Positions 11,136-21,743 are shown, numbered from the stretch's first letter. The stretch: 64,000 bases of DNA from Minisyncoccota bacterium (GCA_021734905.1 JAIPIB010000003.1:1334-65333); one strand, 5' to 3'. Translations and numbers: made by a program. Notes: a model not told the origin generated them from the sequence alone.

Positions 11136-11786
11136 CTAAAATTTAATCGTCTGCTGATTTGAGGAATCATTCCATGATCGCTCCACCTTTTGAAGTGCGG
11201 CGAGAATTTCTCGATACAAAATTGAAAATCGTCGTGCAAGTGGTAAATAAACATTGTATGTCTCATCAACTTTTCGTTTTTGAGACTCAATATCCATTGC
11301 CCACAAAGTCATGAGATTGTCGAGACGATCTGGAAGTTTAAGAATTTGAGCTTCCCGTGGTGCTTCACTTAGCTTGCAGTGGAACTCAAAGTCTCGCATA
11401 CGTTTATCTTCGTTATAGTATGCAAGATCCTCCTCAGATACCCAGAAAACCAGCTGTGCAACATCACTATTGAATCTCTGCGCAAGACGGTCCTGTGTCC
11501 ATCCGGGGATATCTTCCATAATGTCATGGAGAATAGCACCAACGATGATGTTTACATCCCGGACACCCAGGTAAAGAACGATGATCAAAACGACGCGGCG
11601 GAGGTGTTCAAAATATCTTTCGCCTCTTACTCGATACTTATCACGAAACTCCTTTTTTGCCGTATTGTATGCGAACTCTATCAGATGGAACTCATGACTA
11701 TGCCTTGGAAAGATCCGACCTATCACCGAGAAAAACGTTGTACGATCTGGGTGTACTTGAATGAGCTGCTCTATCGTCTCAAGCAT
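11136..11786 (-). CDS. Stand-alone HD-domain (p)ppGpp hydrolase-like protein (small alarmone hydrolase/Mesh1-like)
   Basis: R..GERYFEH, ILHDIMED, LKLPDRLDN motifs of the RSH hydrolase domain; no synthetase domain. Confidence 0.8.
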   Translation of the reverse strand: MLETIEQLIQVHPDRTTFFSVIGRIFPRHSHEFHLIEFAYNTAKKEFRDKYRVRGERYFEHLRRVVLIIVLYLGVRDVNIIVGAILHDIMEDIPGWTQDRLAQRFNSDVAQLVFWVSEEDLAYYNEDKRMRDFEFHCKLSEAPREAQILKLPDRLDNLMTLWAMDIESQKRKVDETYNVYLPLARRFSILYREILAALQKVERSWNDSSNQQTIKF

Positions 11787-11837
11787 TTCTTTCTCCTTGC
11801 TTAAGTTAAAGTGTCACCACTGTACCAGATACGTTTC

Positions 11838-13094
11838 TTATGTAAAGGTGCTATTTACAAGAATGCTTTCACGCAGCTTTTTTGTAAAATTAACTATGAA
11901 GTGGAGGTTGTGAATTGATGCTAGGTGTGGACCGAGAATTTCACCAGCTCTAAAAAGATGCGCTACATATGCTTTTGTATAATGCTGTGCAACATATCCA
12001 TCTGAAAGTGAGTCAAGTAGAGAATAATCTGTTGTAAATTTTTCGTTGCGAATATTTATTTTTTTTGTTTCGGGATACATAAAAGTTCCACATGGTGTTT
12101 CCTTCGTAAGTCCCGTGTATACATAAATGCTACCTGTTCTTCCTATCCGCGTAGGTGCAACACAGTCAAACGTATCGCACCCCTGGAGAACACCCTGAAC
12201 AATATCCTCTGGTTCACCAATTCCTAAAAGATGTCGTGGTTTATCTCCTGGCAATATCCCATTTACGATTTTCAGTGATTCTCCCAGATCTTCTTTACTA
12301 AAAGAACCGCCAATTCCAAATCCATCAAAATCCATTGCTGAAAGAGCTTTTGCACTTTCTTCTCGCAAGTCCATATAGCGCCCCCCTTGTACAACCCCAT
12401 ATAAACCTTGAGTTCTTAATGCTTCAAAATTTCGCTTATGAGCCAAAACTGAACGCTTTGCCCAACGATGTGTACGCTCCATTGCTTCCTTTTGATATTC
12501 ATAAGGGGCAGTTGGTGAAGTGCACTCATCGAAAGCAACAATGATGTCTGCGCCTATCGCATGTTGAATTTCAATTGATCTCTCAGCAGTAAAGCGATGC
12601 ATCGATCCATCAATATGTGATGTGAATGTTACACCATCTTCATCAACTATACATAACTTTCCATGATCTTCAGCCTGCTTCTTACTGTAAAGGTTTAATT
12701 CTGATTTAACTGGGACAGAGGTATCACTTTCTACATCACCTTTTGCAAATTTCGTTACCCCCTTTCCAAACGCAGCACCAAGTGAGAAAACCTGGAAGCC
12801 ACCAGAATCAGTCATTGTTGGCATATTCCAGTTTGCAAATGAGTGAATCCCCCCTGCATCTTTGATAATTTTGTGTCCAGGTTGCAAAAAAAGATGATAG
12901 GTATTTGCAAGAGTGACTTGATTACCTACATACTGAGTAAGATCTTCACTCATAAGACTCTTTACACTTCCTTTTGTGCCAACCACTACGAATGCCGGTG
13001 TTTCAATATCACCATGAATTGTATGTATGACACCAGCCCTTGCGAGGGTACCTGACTGATGTTTAATCACCTCAAATCGGACAGGAAGATCCAT
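11838..13094 (-). CDS. tgt: tRNA-guanine transglycosylase
   Basis: TPAF, NTYHL, TDSGGFQVFSL, DECT, VQGG, RHLLGIG, FDCVAPTR. Confidence 0.95.
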   Translation of the reverse strand: MDLPVRFEVIKHQSGTLARAGVIHTIHGDIETPAFVVVGTKGSVKSLMSEDLTQYVGNQVTLANTYHLFLQPGHKIIKDAGGIHSFANWNMPTMTDSGGFQVFSLGAAFGKGVTKFAKGDVESDTSVPVKSELNLYSKKQAEDHGKLCIVDEDGVTFTSHIDGSMHRFTAERSIEIQHAIGADIIVAFDECTSPTAPYEYQKEAMERTHRWAKRSVLAHKRNFEALRTQGLYGVVQGGRYMDLREESAKALSAMDFDGFGIGGSFSKEDLGESLKIVNGILPGDKPRHLLGIGEPEDIVQGVLQGCDTFDCVAPTRIGRTGSIYVYTGLTKETPCGTFMYPETKKINIRNEKFTTDYSLLDSLSDGYVAQHYTKAYVAHLFRAGEILGPHLASIHNLHFIVNFTKKLRESILVNSTFT

Positions 13095-13639
13095 TACTTA
13101 ACACTAAGAAGTTCTACAGAAAATATGAGCGTTGAGTTTGGAGGAATCGAACCAATCTGGCGATTTCCGTACGCCATATCACTTGGAATCACGAGGATAC
13201 GCTCACCACCTATTTTCATACCAATCAATCCTTTCTCCCACCCTTGGATAACTTTCCCGGCACCGACAGTGAATGTAAACGGTGTGCCCCTTTCATATGA
13301 GCTGTCAAAACGAACACCGTCCTGTGTAGTGCCGATATAATTTACCGTAACAGAATCCCCATTCTTTACCCCTTCACCGGAACCGATCTTAACATCATCA
13401 ATAACAAGTTTAACTAATTCACCCTCACCCGTTGAAGCATCTCTAAGTGCATTCTCAAGCTCCTTGCTGCTCAGTGGCTTTTCTTGAGCAACTGCAACAA
13501 CAGCGCTCTGTGTCTCAGGTTTTATTGAATCATTCAATGCCAGTGTATTCCCTTGTGTATTGAGTATAGTTAAGACAAGTGCCATGAGGCCTATACTAAG
13601 TAATATACCAACTGCCTCATATTTATTAAATAGATTCAT
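13094..13639 (-). CDS. FKBP-type peptidyl-prolyl isomerase with N-terminal anchor
   Basis: VNYIG..FDSS..VIQGWEKG..IPSDMAYG..IPPNSTLIF; start taken at MNLFNKY. Confidence 0.93.
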   Translation of the reverse strand: MNLFNKYEAVGILLSIGLMALVLTILNTQGNTLALNDSIKPETQSAVVAVAQEKPLSSKELENALRDASTGEGELVKLVIDDVKIGSGEGVKNGDSVTVNYIGTTQDGVRFDSSYERGTPFTFTVGAGKVIQGWEKGLIGMKIGGERILVIPSDMAYGNRQIGSIPPNSTLIFSVELLSVK

Positions 13640-13690
13640 GTAATTTATAGTTATTGGACTATCATAGCTGGGTTCGCAAAACATGCAACC

Positions 13691-14749
13691 CTACGACTCT
13701 ATATTCACGTTTATGAGACCTTCTGATTGATTTACTTGAAATTCGCTTTTAATGCCACTGAGAATTCGTTTAAATAAAGCTTTAGCGTCTTCATCAGTTG
13801 AAATTCTTGGTTGGCTTTTGCTTTTTAAACTTGAAAATGGTAGAAGTCTATATTCAAGACCTGTATCATGTATTGTCATTTCAACACCAAGACCTTCCTG
13901 AACTTCTTGACTAAAATATTGATCAAAAACAAAATTTCCTAGTGAGTAAAAAATAGGTTTTCCTTTATACAAACCGACGTCTTGGACAACGTGTGGGTGA
14001 TGCCCAATAACAGCATCAACACCATGATCAATTAATAACATTGCGAGCGCCTCCTGGTCATCATTATGAACTAATTGGTACTCATCTCCCCAATGAATAA
14101 AAACAATTTGAACGTCGCTTTCAGTTGCAACAGCCTCAAGCACCTCCTCTAAATGACTTGTATCAATCTTCTGAAAAATTGTATTAAGAAATACGAAACC
14201 AATTTTTTTCTCTTCTAAAGACTTGAATGCAATTGAATATTCATCAAGAGCATTTGGTGTACCTACACATACGAGTAAAAGATCTGAACAGTACTCCCTT
14301 GTGTAGGAGAGTGCTTCATTTCCAAAATCAAGACTGTGGTTATTTGCGAGTGAAACAACATCAAACCCAATATCCTTCAGGTGACTAAGATTTTCTTTTT
14401 CTATTGAAAAACGAAAACTGCCACTTGGTGTCTGGAAATGATCTTTACTAACTATTCCTTCAAAATTACCAACGGTGAGGTCTGCAGAAAAAAGCAAGTC
14501 GACAACATGATCGAATGGGTACATCAGACCCTTATTCTTTGTAAGTGTTTCAACAAAACGACCCAACATAATATCACCAACAAAAAGAATTGTTGGTGAT
14601 ATTTTTTCTGTTTTAGTTGTTTCTGATACAACCACTTCAGGCAGCGCTTGTTCGTATACGGTGTGAGGAATTTTACCGACCACAGGCTGAACAGCGAGCG
14701 CTGACAAGACGACAACGCTATATAAAGTTCGATTACTCAATAAACCCAT
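13691..14749 (-). CDS. CapA/PGA_cap family metallophosphoesterase
   Basis: GDIM, GNFE, ANNHSLD, HWG, GHHPHV, YSLGNFVFDQ. Confidence 0.9.
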   Translation of the reverse strand: MGLLSNRTLYSVVVLSALAVQPVVGKIPHTVYEQALPEVVVSETTKTEKISPTILFVGDIMLGRFVETLTKNKGLMYPFDHVVDLLFSADLTVGNFEGIVSKDHFQTPSGSFRFSIEKENLSHLKDIGFDVVSLANNHSLDFGNEALSYTREYCSDLLLVCVGTPNALDEYSIAFKSLEEKKIGFVFLNTIFQKIDTSHLEEVLEAVATESDVQIVFIHWGDEYQLVHNDDQEALAMLLIDHGVDAVIGHHPHVVQDVGLYKGKPIFYSLGNFVFDQYFSQEVQEGLGVEMTIHDTGLEYRLLPFSSLKSKSQPRISTDEDAKALFKRILSGIKSEFQVNQSEGLINVNIES

Positions 14750-14769
14750 TTTGATATTTGATACTAACC

Positions 14770-15810
14770 CTAAAGTTCATTACTATGCACATTGTAAAGT
14801 TCTAGGAAAACAAGGAAAAGACTTAGGATCACTGGACCAATAATAAATCCCACAGGGCCAAATAGTACAATTCCGCCCAAGACTGACATAAGAAGCAAGA
14901 ATGGATGAACTTTGTTGCCCCGACTCATTACATATGGTCCAAGTAGATTATCAATGAGTCCAACTGCAAGTGCGCCCCATAGAGCGAGCGCTACAGCAGA
15001 CAGATGCTCCCCTGTTGCAAATAGATAAATAATAGACGGCACGAATACAATTGTTGTTCCAACACCAGGAATAAGAGCACCGAAAGCTGCAATACAACCC
15101 CAAAGGATGGCACGATCAAAACCGAAAATTGAGAGACCCACCGCAGTAAGGACACCTTGAACAATAGCGATAAAAACGCTCCCGAGTGCAACTGATCGCA
15201 CTGCAACTGCTAGTCGTCTTAGTATAAGCTCATCGTCAATATCTTTGAGAGGACTTAGGTACACTAAGTACGTAGTGAAAACTTTTCCATCTCTGAAGAA
15301 ATAGTATGCCGCGACAAGTGTTATAAAAAAAAGAAATATTGTAGATGCAGTTCCAGCAAAAATACTAACCAGGTTACTTGCTACAAAACTAGCGGCTTGT
15401 TGAACTACATCAGTAGTACCGAATGTAAATGTTGGGATTATTTTCTGCAGAAAAAGCTCTGCTTGTGAAAGAAAACCAAGAAAAGAAACACTACTGCTAA
15501 CATTAACGAGTTCATATATGGAAAGTGCTTCACGTAAAATAAATGAAGCTAGAAAAATAAGGGGGAGAAAAATAACCACAACAATCATCACAAGAGAAAG
15601 CAGGGCCGCAAGTGTCGTGCTGTGGTTTGGAATAACATGAATTATTCTTTCATACAGTGGGTAACATATCGTTACAATTATTGCAGCAAGCGCAATAGCT
15701 CCCATAAACGGTGAAAAAAGTTTCCAAACTAAATATCCCGATGCAAAAAGTACTACAAAAAAGAATGTGTGTTCAAGAAATTTTCTAGAAGAAGGACTCA
15801 TACTGAACAT
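14770..15810 (-). CDS. AI-2E family transporter
   Basis: Multi-TM, YYFFRDG, IDNLL.P, GG..LFG..GFIIGP. Confidence 0.9.
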   Translation of the reverse strand: MFSMSPSSRKFLEHTFFFVVLFASGYLVWKLFSPFMGAIALAAIIVTICYPLYERIIHVIPNHSTTLAALLSLVMIVVVIFLPLIFLASFILREALSIYELVNVSSSVSFLGFLSQAELFLQKIIPTFTFGTTDVVQQAASFVASNLVSIFAGTASTIFLFFITLVAAYYFFRDGKVFTTYLVYLSPLKDIDDELILRRLAVAVRSVALGSVFIAIVQGVLTAVGLSIFGFDRAILWGCIAAFGALIPGVGTTIVFVPSIIYLFATGEHLSAVALALWGALAVGLIDNLLGPYVMSRGNKVHPFLLLMSVLGGIVLFGPVGFIIGPVILSLFLVFLELYNVHSNEL

Positions 15811-15836
15811 TGTATACTGAATTTTAAAATCAACAA

Positions 15837-15860
15837 AGGCCGGAAAACGAATTCCGGCCT
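15837..15860. terminator. Hairpin, likely terminator
   Basis: aggccggaa..ttccggcct inverted repeat. Confidence 0.5.
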
Positions 15861-15866
15861 GTGAGT

Positions 15867-16016
15867 TTATTTCTCAAATTGTTTTTGAGATTGGACTGCT
15901 GCTGATTCTACTGCTTGAAATGATGCAGTGAGTGCGCTATCCAATGCTAAAAACGACTGAGAGAAGAGTGATGACAAATACCAAAGTATGAGTAGCACTC
16001 CAATTGCTCTAAACAT
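15867..16016 (-). CDS. Small membrane protein
   Basis: 49-aa ORF from MFRAIG with hydrophobic N-terminus, followed by a hairpin. Confidence 0.45.
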   Translation of the reverse strand: MFRAIGVLLILWYLSSLFSQSFLALDSALTASFQAVESAAVQSQKQFEK

Positions 16017-16167
16017 AGCTTGAACTATTACAACCTTTACTACGAACGACTGATTCGTAGCCCAAATATTTCTGGTGGTCGCAACTGTCAAACCTCTCCT
16101 TTTATATTATACCATAATTCTTTTATTTTTCAAAATAATCTATCTCCAACAACTTTTATATCCCGCT

Positions 16168-16716
16168 CTACCTCAAGATTAATTCAACGTATTCTTGCAG
16201 TTCATCGTTTGATAGAACTCCCCTTTTGTGTCCAACAAGTATCCCATCTCTGTTATAGAACAGTGTCTCTGGCATTGCATATCCTTCGACTGCCTTATAG
16301 AAATGGTCGCTTTGATCAGCTATAACAACAAGCCCTTCAGGAGTACCAATGAAAGCAAGATACGCTTTCATTGTACTGAGACTCTCCATTCTATTTATTG
16401 CTAAAATCTCGACAGACTCACCTTTTTTCTTCTTCACTTCTGACAAAAGGAGTAACTCAGACTGCGAAAATGGAATCCAGCTTGCCCACGAATTAATGAT
16501 AAGTGGCTTTCCCTTGAAACTAACTAGTTCAATTATTTCACCGTTAATATCTGTATATGGAGAAGCAACGTCGGGATCAATCATCTTAAGGTCATCTGAC
16601 AGACCTGAAAAAATACCTCGTGAAGTCGTATATGAATAGGTTAGATAGCCCGTAATTATAAGAATTCCAACAAGTAAGGAGAGTGTCTTCCAATTATCTT
16701 TAAGTTTCTCTTGCAT
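16168..16716 (-). CDS. TlpA/ResA-like thioredoxin-fold protein lacking CxxC
   Basis: KGKPLIINSWASWIPFSQSE, MPETLFYNRDG; N-terminal TM. Confidence 0.8.
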   Translation of the reverse strand: MQEKLKDNWKTLSLLVGILIITGYLTYSYTTSRGIFSGLSDDLKMIDPDVASPYTDINGEIIELVSFKGKPLIINSWASWIPFSQSELLLLSEVKKKKGESVEILAINRMESLSTMKAYLAFIGTPEGLVVIADQSDHFYKAVEGYAMPETLFYNRDGILVGHKRGVLSNDELQEYVELILR

Positions 16717-16733
16717 ATCAGGAAACAAGTGCC

Positions 16734-17216
16734 TCAACCTTTAATAAATAATTCAAAATCCTCTGGAACTTCTCCTTGTAAGGCAGGGACAAGATTGAGG
16801 TCAACAGTTCGTCCATTGAAAGTTGCAGTTATGAGAGCATCCTCATCAGCATCAAATGGAACACTGAAACGCTGAGGTGTAATGACGTCTGCGCAAGATT
16901 CAGCATGATTGATTACCTCAAAGTCAACAGTTACTTGATTTGAGACGACTCCTCCACTTCGAGTAGACCAATTGAGGAGATCACAAGGTGTGGGCATAAT
17001 AATTTCACCAACAATTGTATGCCTTGGAGTAATATAGTAGTGCTTTGCATCAATTCGGGTAATATTTTTATATGGAGAATCACTATCGACAACTTCCGTA
17101 ATTTGAGTTGGCTTCGCTTCTTCAATTTCTGCACGCTTTAAAAATGCAAACACAAACATTCCTGTAATAATAAGTGCTAATACAACCACTGAAGCAACAA
17201 TGCCTTTATGTTCCAT
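16734..17216 (-). CDS. Hypothetical membrane-anchored protein
   Basis: N-terminal TM from MEHKG; PTPC..CADV cysteine pair. Confidence 0.65.
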   Translation of the reverse strand: MEHKGIVASVVVLALIITGMFVFAFLKRAEIEEAKPTQITEVVDSDSPYKNITRIDAKHYYITPRHTIVGEIIMPTPCDLLNWSTRSGGVVSNQVTVDFEVINHAESCADVITPQRFSVPFDADEDALITATFNGRTVDLNLVPALQGEVPEDFELFIKG

Positions 17217-17286
17217 AATAATATTTTTAGATAAATAATAAGTTAGTTCATTATACCACCAACAAGCTTGATCCACTGAATACAAT

Positions 17287-18597
17287 CTATTCTACTACAG
17301 ATCCGTCCTTTATTGTCGTTTCGACGTCTCCGTTGTTAATAATAACTTTATAGTTATCGTGTTTCTCTGTAGCTTTTCCGATGTATAGGGTTGCCGTAAT
17401 AAATATTCCAATAAGGATACAGATAGAGATGAAGAACATTTTATATTTCAAAACAAATTCAACAATAATTCTAACTACTCCTTTTGACTCATCCATTTTA
17501 CGAAGTTGCTGGCGTAGGTCCAAGACACCATCATGAATAGGTGCTGCCATGCGGCGATAAAAAATTCTTTCATTTCGGTTCTCAAATTTATTGTCAGTAC
17601 CAATACTCAATTCTGATTGTTTATGGCCCACATCCACACCAGCCAAGGTAAGCATCCGCCGTACATAGGCCTTAACCATCCAAACAATGAGCGCAACAAA
17701 TAATGCAATAATGGCCAGCGTAAGTAACGTTATTTTCACGGGGATAACCCAAAAATATGCTATCGATGTGACACTCATTATCTCATCTACTCCATACGCA
17801 AGTGTCGCGACGGCCTTATATCTTCCTATATCTGTAATGTTGAACTGGCTTTCCCAGGTAAATTGAAATTCACGGATACTTTGCGGTAAAACATTTCCAA
17901 AATGCGTCTGGTAATTTATGGGAATTATTCCTCGTTGGGTCCCCCACATATTAGTTATAATAATGTCGCCACGGGGCTGTAAATGTACATTGCCTTTATT
18001 TTCAAATCTCAAGATGAAATCTGTCTTTGGCTTCTCGATAAAGGTGTCGATTGCTCGAAATTCTCTTATATTTCCAAGCTCGGATACATCTCCCTCAATT
18101 CGTAAAAAAAATAATGTCGTTACCGCTTGTGATGTTCGCACAGCCATTTTTTGACCATCAGATGCGGGGGGTTCTGTCGAAATCAGTATTGCAGCATAGT
18201 GCCCACCAGGTGGTGCGTCTGGGGGAATCTCTACGAAAAATGAAATTTCTTTGCTTTGCTCAGGTTCAATAACTTGCGGATCTTTTGATATTTGAATCCA
18301 TGATGCAAAACTTGTCCTTGTTAAGTCTTCATCAATGAGTGGAACAAACTTACCTTCCCCATTTTCCCCCGTTGCCTTAAAATTTACAACTTCTGCATAA
18401 ACTGTAAGTGGATATGAATTTCCATTCACCACCTTTACGCTACTCTGCCAAATATCTCCAGGGAGTGCTGAAAGTTGAAAAAGTGGCGGAGTGACGCTTA
18501 AAATTTGGCTTTCTTGTGCAAACACACTAATCACAGGAAATAATGTCGCCGTAAGCGCAAGTGTGAAAATTGAAATTTGAAGTATAGATGTACGCAT
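17287..18597 (-). CDS. DUF916/WxL-interacting-like surface protein
   Basis: Signal peptide, SVTPP, ASWI, P.DAPPGGHYAAI, FENKGNVHL.P.G, two C-terminal TMs. Confidence 0.7.
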   Translation of the reverse strand: MRTSILQISIFTLALTATLFPVISVFAQESQILSVTPPLFQLSALPGDIWQSSVKVVNGNSYPLTVYAEVVNFKATGENGEGKFVPLIDEDLTRTSFASWIQISKDPQVIEPEQSKEISFFVEIPPDAPPGGHYAAILISTEPPASDGQKMAVRTSQAVTTLFFLRIEGDVSELGNIREFRAIDTFIEKPKTDFILRFENKGNVHLQPRGDIIITNMWGTQRGIIPINYQTHFGNVLPQSIREFQFTWESQFNITDIGRYKAVATLAYGVDEIMSVTSIAYFWVIPVKITLLTLAIIALFVALIVWMVKAYVRRMLTLAGVDVGHKQSELSIGTDNKFENRNERIFYRRMAAPIHDGVLDLRQQLRKMDESKGVVRIIVEFVLKYKMFFISICILIGIFITATLYIGKATEKHDNYKVIINNGDVETTIKDGSVVE

Positions 18598-19604
18598 TAT
18601 TTTTTCTTTAAATCTATATCGTGATCTTTTGCTTCACTTAACGAACCTCTAACATGGACCATTAAATGTTCGCTATCATCTATAGACTCCGAATCAAAAT
18701 ATCTTTTGTGAGAATACCATGCAAAGGCACCCACGATAAGAATTACAATCGAAAGTATGGTCAAGATTAACTTAATTGGAAATACATAAAAGTAACTTGT
18801 ATCCTGCAGTGATGCCCGAGGAGACGAACCGTACTCTACGGTAAGAAATGCTTTGTATTTACCAAACATGCCCTCTGTTGGGACATTCGACACAAAATCA
18901 TATGCACCTCCTGGTGGAATCGTTACATTTTCATCATTAATTGTGAGCGATGCGACCTCCTGCCCCTTTCCATCATAGATAATGATTTCACCAGTTGGTG
19001 TAAGAACTTGATCACCTGGATTCTTAAAAGAATATAGAGCAGCCTCATTATCAGCCTTAGTTACAAAACGATTTATGAAAAATTTTGAAAGTTTTAAAAA
19101 TTCTACTTTCTTTTCACGAATTGTCACCGTGACCACAGTACCTGGAGCTTGTCCGTTTTTTACTTGTTTCTCAGCTTCATTACGATTGTCACCATTACCA
19201 AAACCGATAAATGCATGGTAGGTGCCTGGAACTGCCTGGGGATTGATCCTAAGAGTGAGATCGATTACCTCAACTTTTCCTCGAGGAAGATCAATCCCCT
19301 TTCTACTAATCTCTATCCATGACGCAAGTGACTGCGTACGATCGCTTTCAACTGGTGATAAAAATTCTTCTATGGCACCTTCCTCGCTACGCGAAATATT
19401 GTTAACTGTTGGATAAATAGTCACCGGTTCTCCTCCAATATTTGTGATCGTAATTGCTTTTTTGATTATATCGCGTGACTCGACTATTGAGTCAATCACG
19501 AGAGGTGTTACAGAATACTCTGGAGCCGCCTGTATATGTGCATGCGGAATAGAAAAAATGACTACGCAAGAAATAAATATTTTTTTAAGAAGGCTGTAAA
19601 TCAT
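18597..19604 (-). CDS. Paralogous DUF916-like surface protein
   Basis: SVTP, LASWI, AVPGTYHAFI, FKNPGD..LTPTG, C-terminal TM; similar to its neighbour. Confidence 0.7.
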   Translation of the reverse strand: MIYSLLKKIFISCVVIFSIPHAHIQAAPEYSVTPLVIDSIVESRDIIKKAITITNIGGEPVTIYPTVNNISRSEEGAIEEFLSPVESDRTQSLASWIEISRKGIDLPRGKVEVIDLTLRINPQAVPGTYHAFIGFGNGDNRNEAEKQVKNGQAPGTVVTVTIREKKVEFLKLSKFFINRFVTKADNEAALYSFKNPGDQVLTPTGEIIIYDGKGQEVASLTINDENVTIPPGGAYDFVSNVPTEGMFGKYKAFLTVEYGSSPRASLQDTSYFYVFPIKLILTILSIVILIVGAFAWYSHKRYFDSESIDDSEHLMVHVRGSLSEAKDHDIDLKKK

Positions 19605-19611
19605 ATCTACA

Positions 19612-21099
19612 TTAAAACATTGGGACGGAGATATATCTAATATTATTCTCATACAAACCCGCATCTTGCAAATCTCTTACTAAGATGCGGAAGACAATAT
19701 CTGTCGTTTCACCAGTAACTGGTTGAGAACTATATGACACTTCTTCTGGCGTTGTTGTGCTCAAACGAGCGTACGTGTCAATTGCCGAAAACCTCGTTGC
19801 GTCTCCTTGAAGGGTAGCATCTGTCGTATGATAACCAAAACAGCTTGTTGAAGATGCGTGACAGGCGGCACTCCATGCAGATGGTGCTGCGTTAGTACTG
19901 GAAATTTGTTTTATAACTACTCCTGACGAACTAACCAGATCACCATCCATCGCCATAAGTATTTGATGCCCTTGCGTTCCGTTTGAATCAACGACCAAAC
20001 GATGAGCGCCTTCTACAAAAGTATTAAGTGGAACCTTACCAAATGGTACGGATGTTGGTGTCGTATCGATATCAAGTGTTACTCCAGCAATTACCGTTGA
20101 CGAGGCCACAGCATCCATTGTAAATTGCAAACTCGCTCCCTCTGTTGCAAGAGACGGGTACGATTCTCCTGAATTTGTAAAGACAGGAATATCCTGAGCG
20201 AGACCGTACAGCCTGAAATAGTAGATTTGGTTAACTCGAGGTCCTGCTGACTTAATTGTGAATTCATACTCAGTTGATGCACCTCCTTTGTGTCTAAATC
20301 CTGTGAGATTATCTGATGATTCATTATGAGTTCCACATCCATCACCTATTCCTGAAGCACAGCTGTCAGCATCAGAAATAACTTTTGTAGAGATGACAGC
20401 ATTATCAACACCTCCTCCATCTGCATAACACCAAGTTGATGTAGCGAGGCACGTTGATGAAGCGACGACGTCAAATGGTATAGAGAAATTAGCATACTCT
20501 GAGTACTGAAGTTTGAAACGAACATCGTCACGAGAAATATTTTCCGTCTCCTTAACTGTTACCCTCAATTTCACGATTTGTCCATTTGTAATATCAACCG
20601 GGGTTACATTCTCATTGGCAAGTGGGGTACTTGGTGTCTCATTTGTTTCGTCATCGTAAAACCTCCAATTCTGTGATTTTGGTGTAAAACTAGAAGTACG
20701 TATTTGAGGGTAGTTTGAGTAGATGTCGAGTTTTGTCCCATCCACATCCACCATTCTAAAGCAGTAGTATGTCTCAGCTGTTGCGCCATAGATAGCAGCA
20801 ACGACAATTGAACGATCTTTCGGAGTAACCGAACGATCAACAACAAGGACATCCCCGTCAAATATTTTTGCACCTTGCATAGAATCACCTTCTACGCGCA
20901 CGAAAAACGTTGATGCTGGATGTTTGACGACCAGATCATTAATATCCAAGACCTTTTCAATCAAATCATCGCCAGGGGCAGGAAAACCTGCCTGCGGTCT
21001 AGAACTAAACAATGGAAGCTCTAAATCACTATCTTGAATACCAATTCCTTCAAGTACCACAACATTTGCCTCGTGCCTTTTTATGCTTTTTTCTTTCAT
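19612..21099 (-). pseudogene. Chimeric ORF: UmuD/S24 peptidase N-part (~105 aa) fused to the C-terminal part of a surface (WxL-like) protein
   Basis: QAGFPAP, FFVRVEGDSM, DGDVLVVDRS, then an abrupt switch at VVAAIYG|ATAETYYCFR to a Ser/Thr-rich extracellular domain; no VKRL lysine. Confidence 0.7.
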
Positions 21100-21743
21100 A
21101 TCTTATGAGGCTTCATTCTAGCAGACTTCTTCTTATCCCAATCGGCAATATCTGCAGATTTTCTCTCAAGCATCTGCGCATTGCGGATATATTTCTTATT
21201 TTGATGTGGAATTACCTTTAGATATGGAGTATCGTATATTCTTTCAGCAATACTCCATAAATCTTGCTTTGCGAAAATCCATTGTTTTCCAAAACGATTC
21301 AAATTAATCGGTTTTGTATAACCAAGAAGTGTTTTCTCGCCATTCTTTACAAGAAAATATTCATGAAAATATGACATAACAAGCTCCCTCAGAGTTCGGT
21401 ATACTGGATCACGATATCTTAAGACAGCATGATTCGTCTTACTAATTGCGCCGTAGTATCCATTTCTACGAAAAATCGTAACTACATGATCATAATCATC
21501 CTTTGAGGAAACTTTTAAATTAACCACGAGTGGTTTTTCACCCTGAAGAAGTAAACATACTCCAGCAAACATTGCTCCTTCAATACAGTGGGCCTTATTT
21601 TCTCTCAGGACTCTAAGTGGCGACAAGCACGTTTCACCGCTCAACTCGTGATTAAAAGGTATTTTCTCAAGAAATGTTTGAATTTTATCTGGAGTATTCA
21701 GTGTTTGCAGTAATTTATAATCATTGTTTTTATCTAGAAACAT
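21096..21743 (-). CDS. Conserved hypothetical protein (possible Cys-His transglutaminase-like fold)
   Basis: AHCIEGA, DHVV, GAISKTNH, LRYRDPVY, SYFHEYF; start at MFLDK. Confidence 0.7.
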   Translation of the reverse strand: MFLDKNNDYKLLQTLNTPDKIQTFLEKIPFNHELSGETCLSPLRVLRENKAHCIEGAMFAGVCLLLQGEKPLVVNLKVSSKDDYDHVVTIFRRNGYYGAISKTNHAVLRYRDPVYRTLRELVMSYFHEYFLVKNGEKTLLGYTKPINLNRFGKQWIFAKQDLWSIAERIYDTPYLKVIPHQNKKYIRNAQMLERKSADIADWDKKKSARMKPHKI

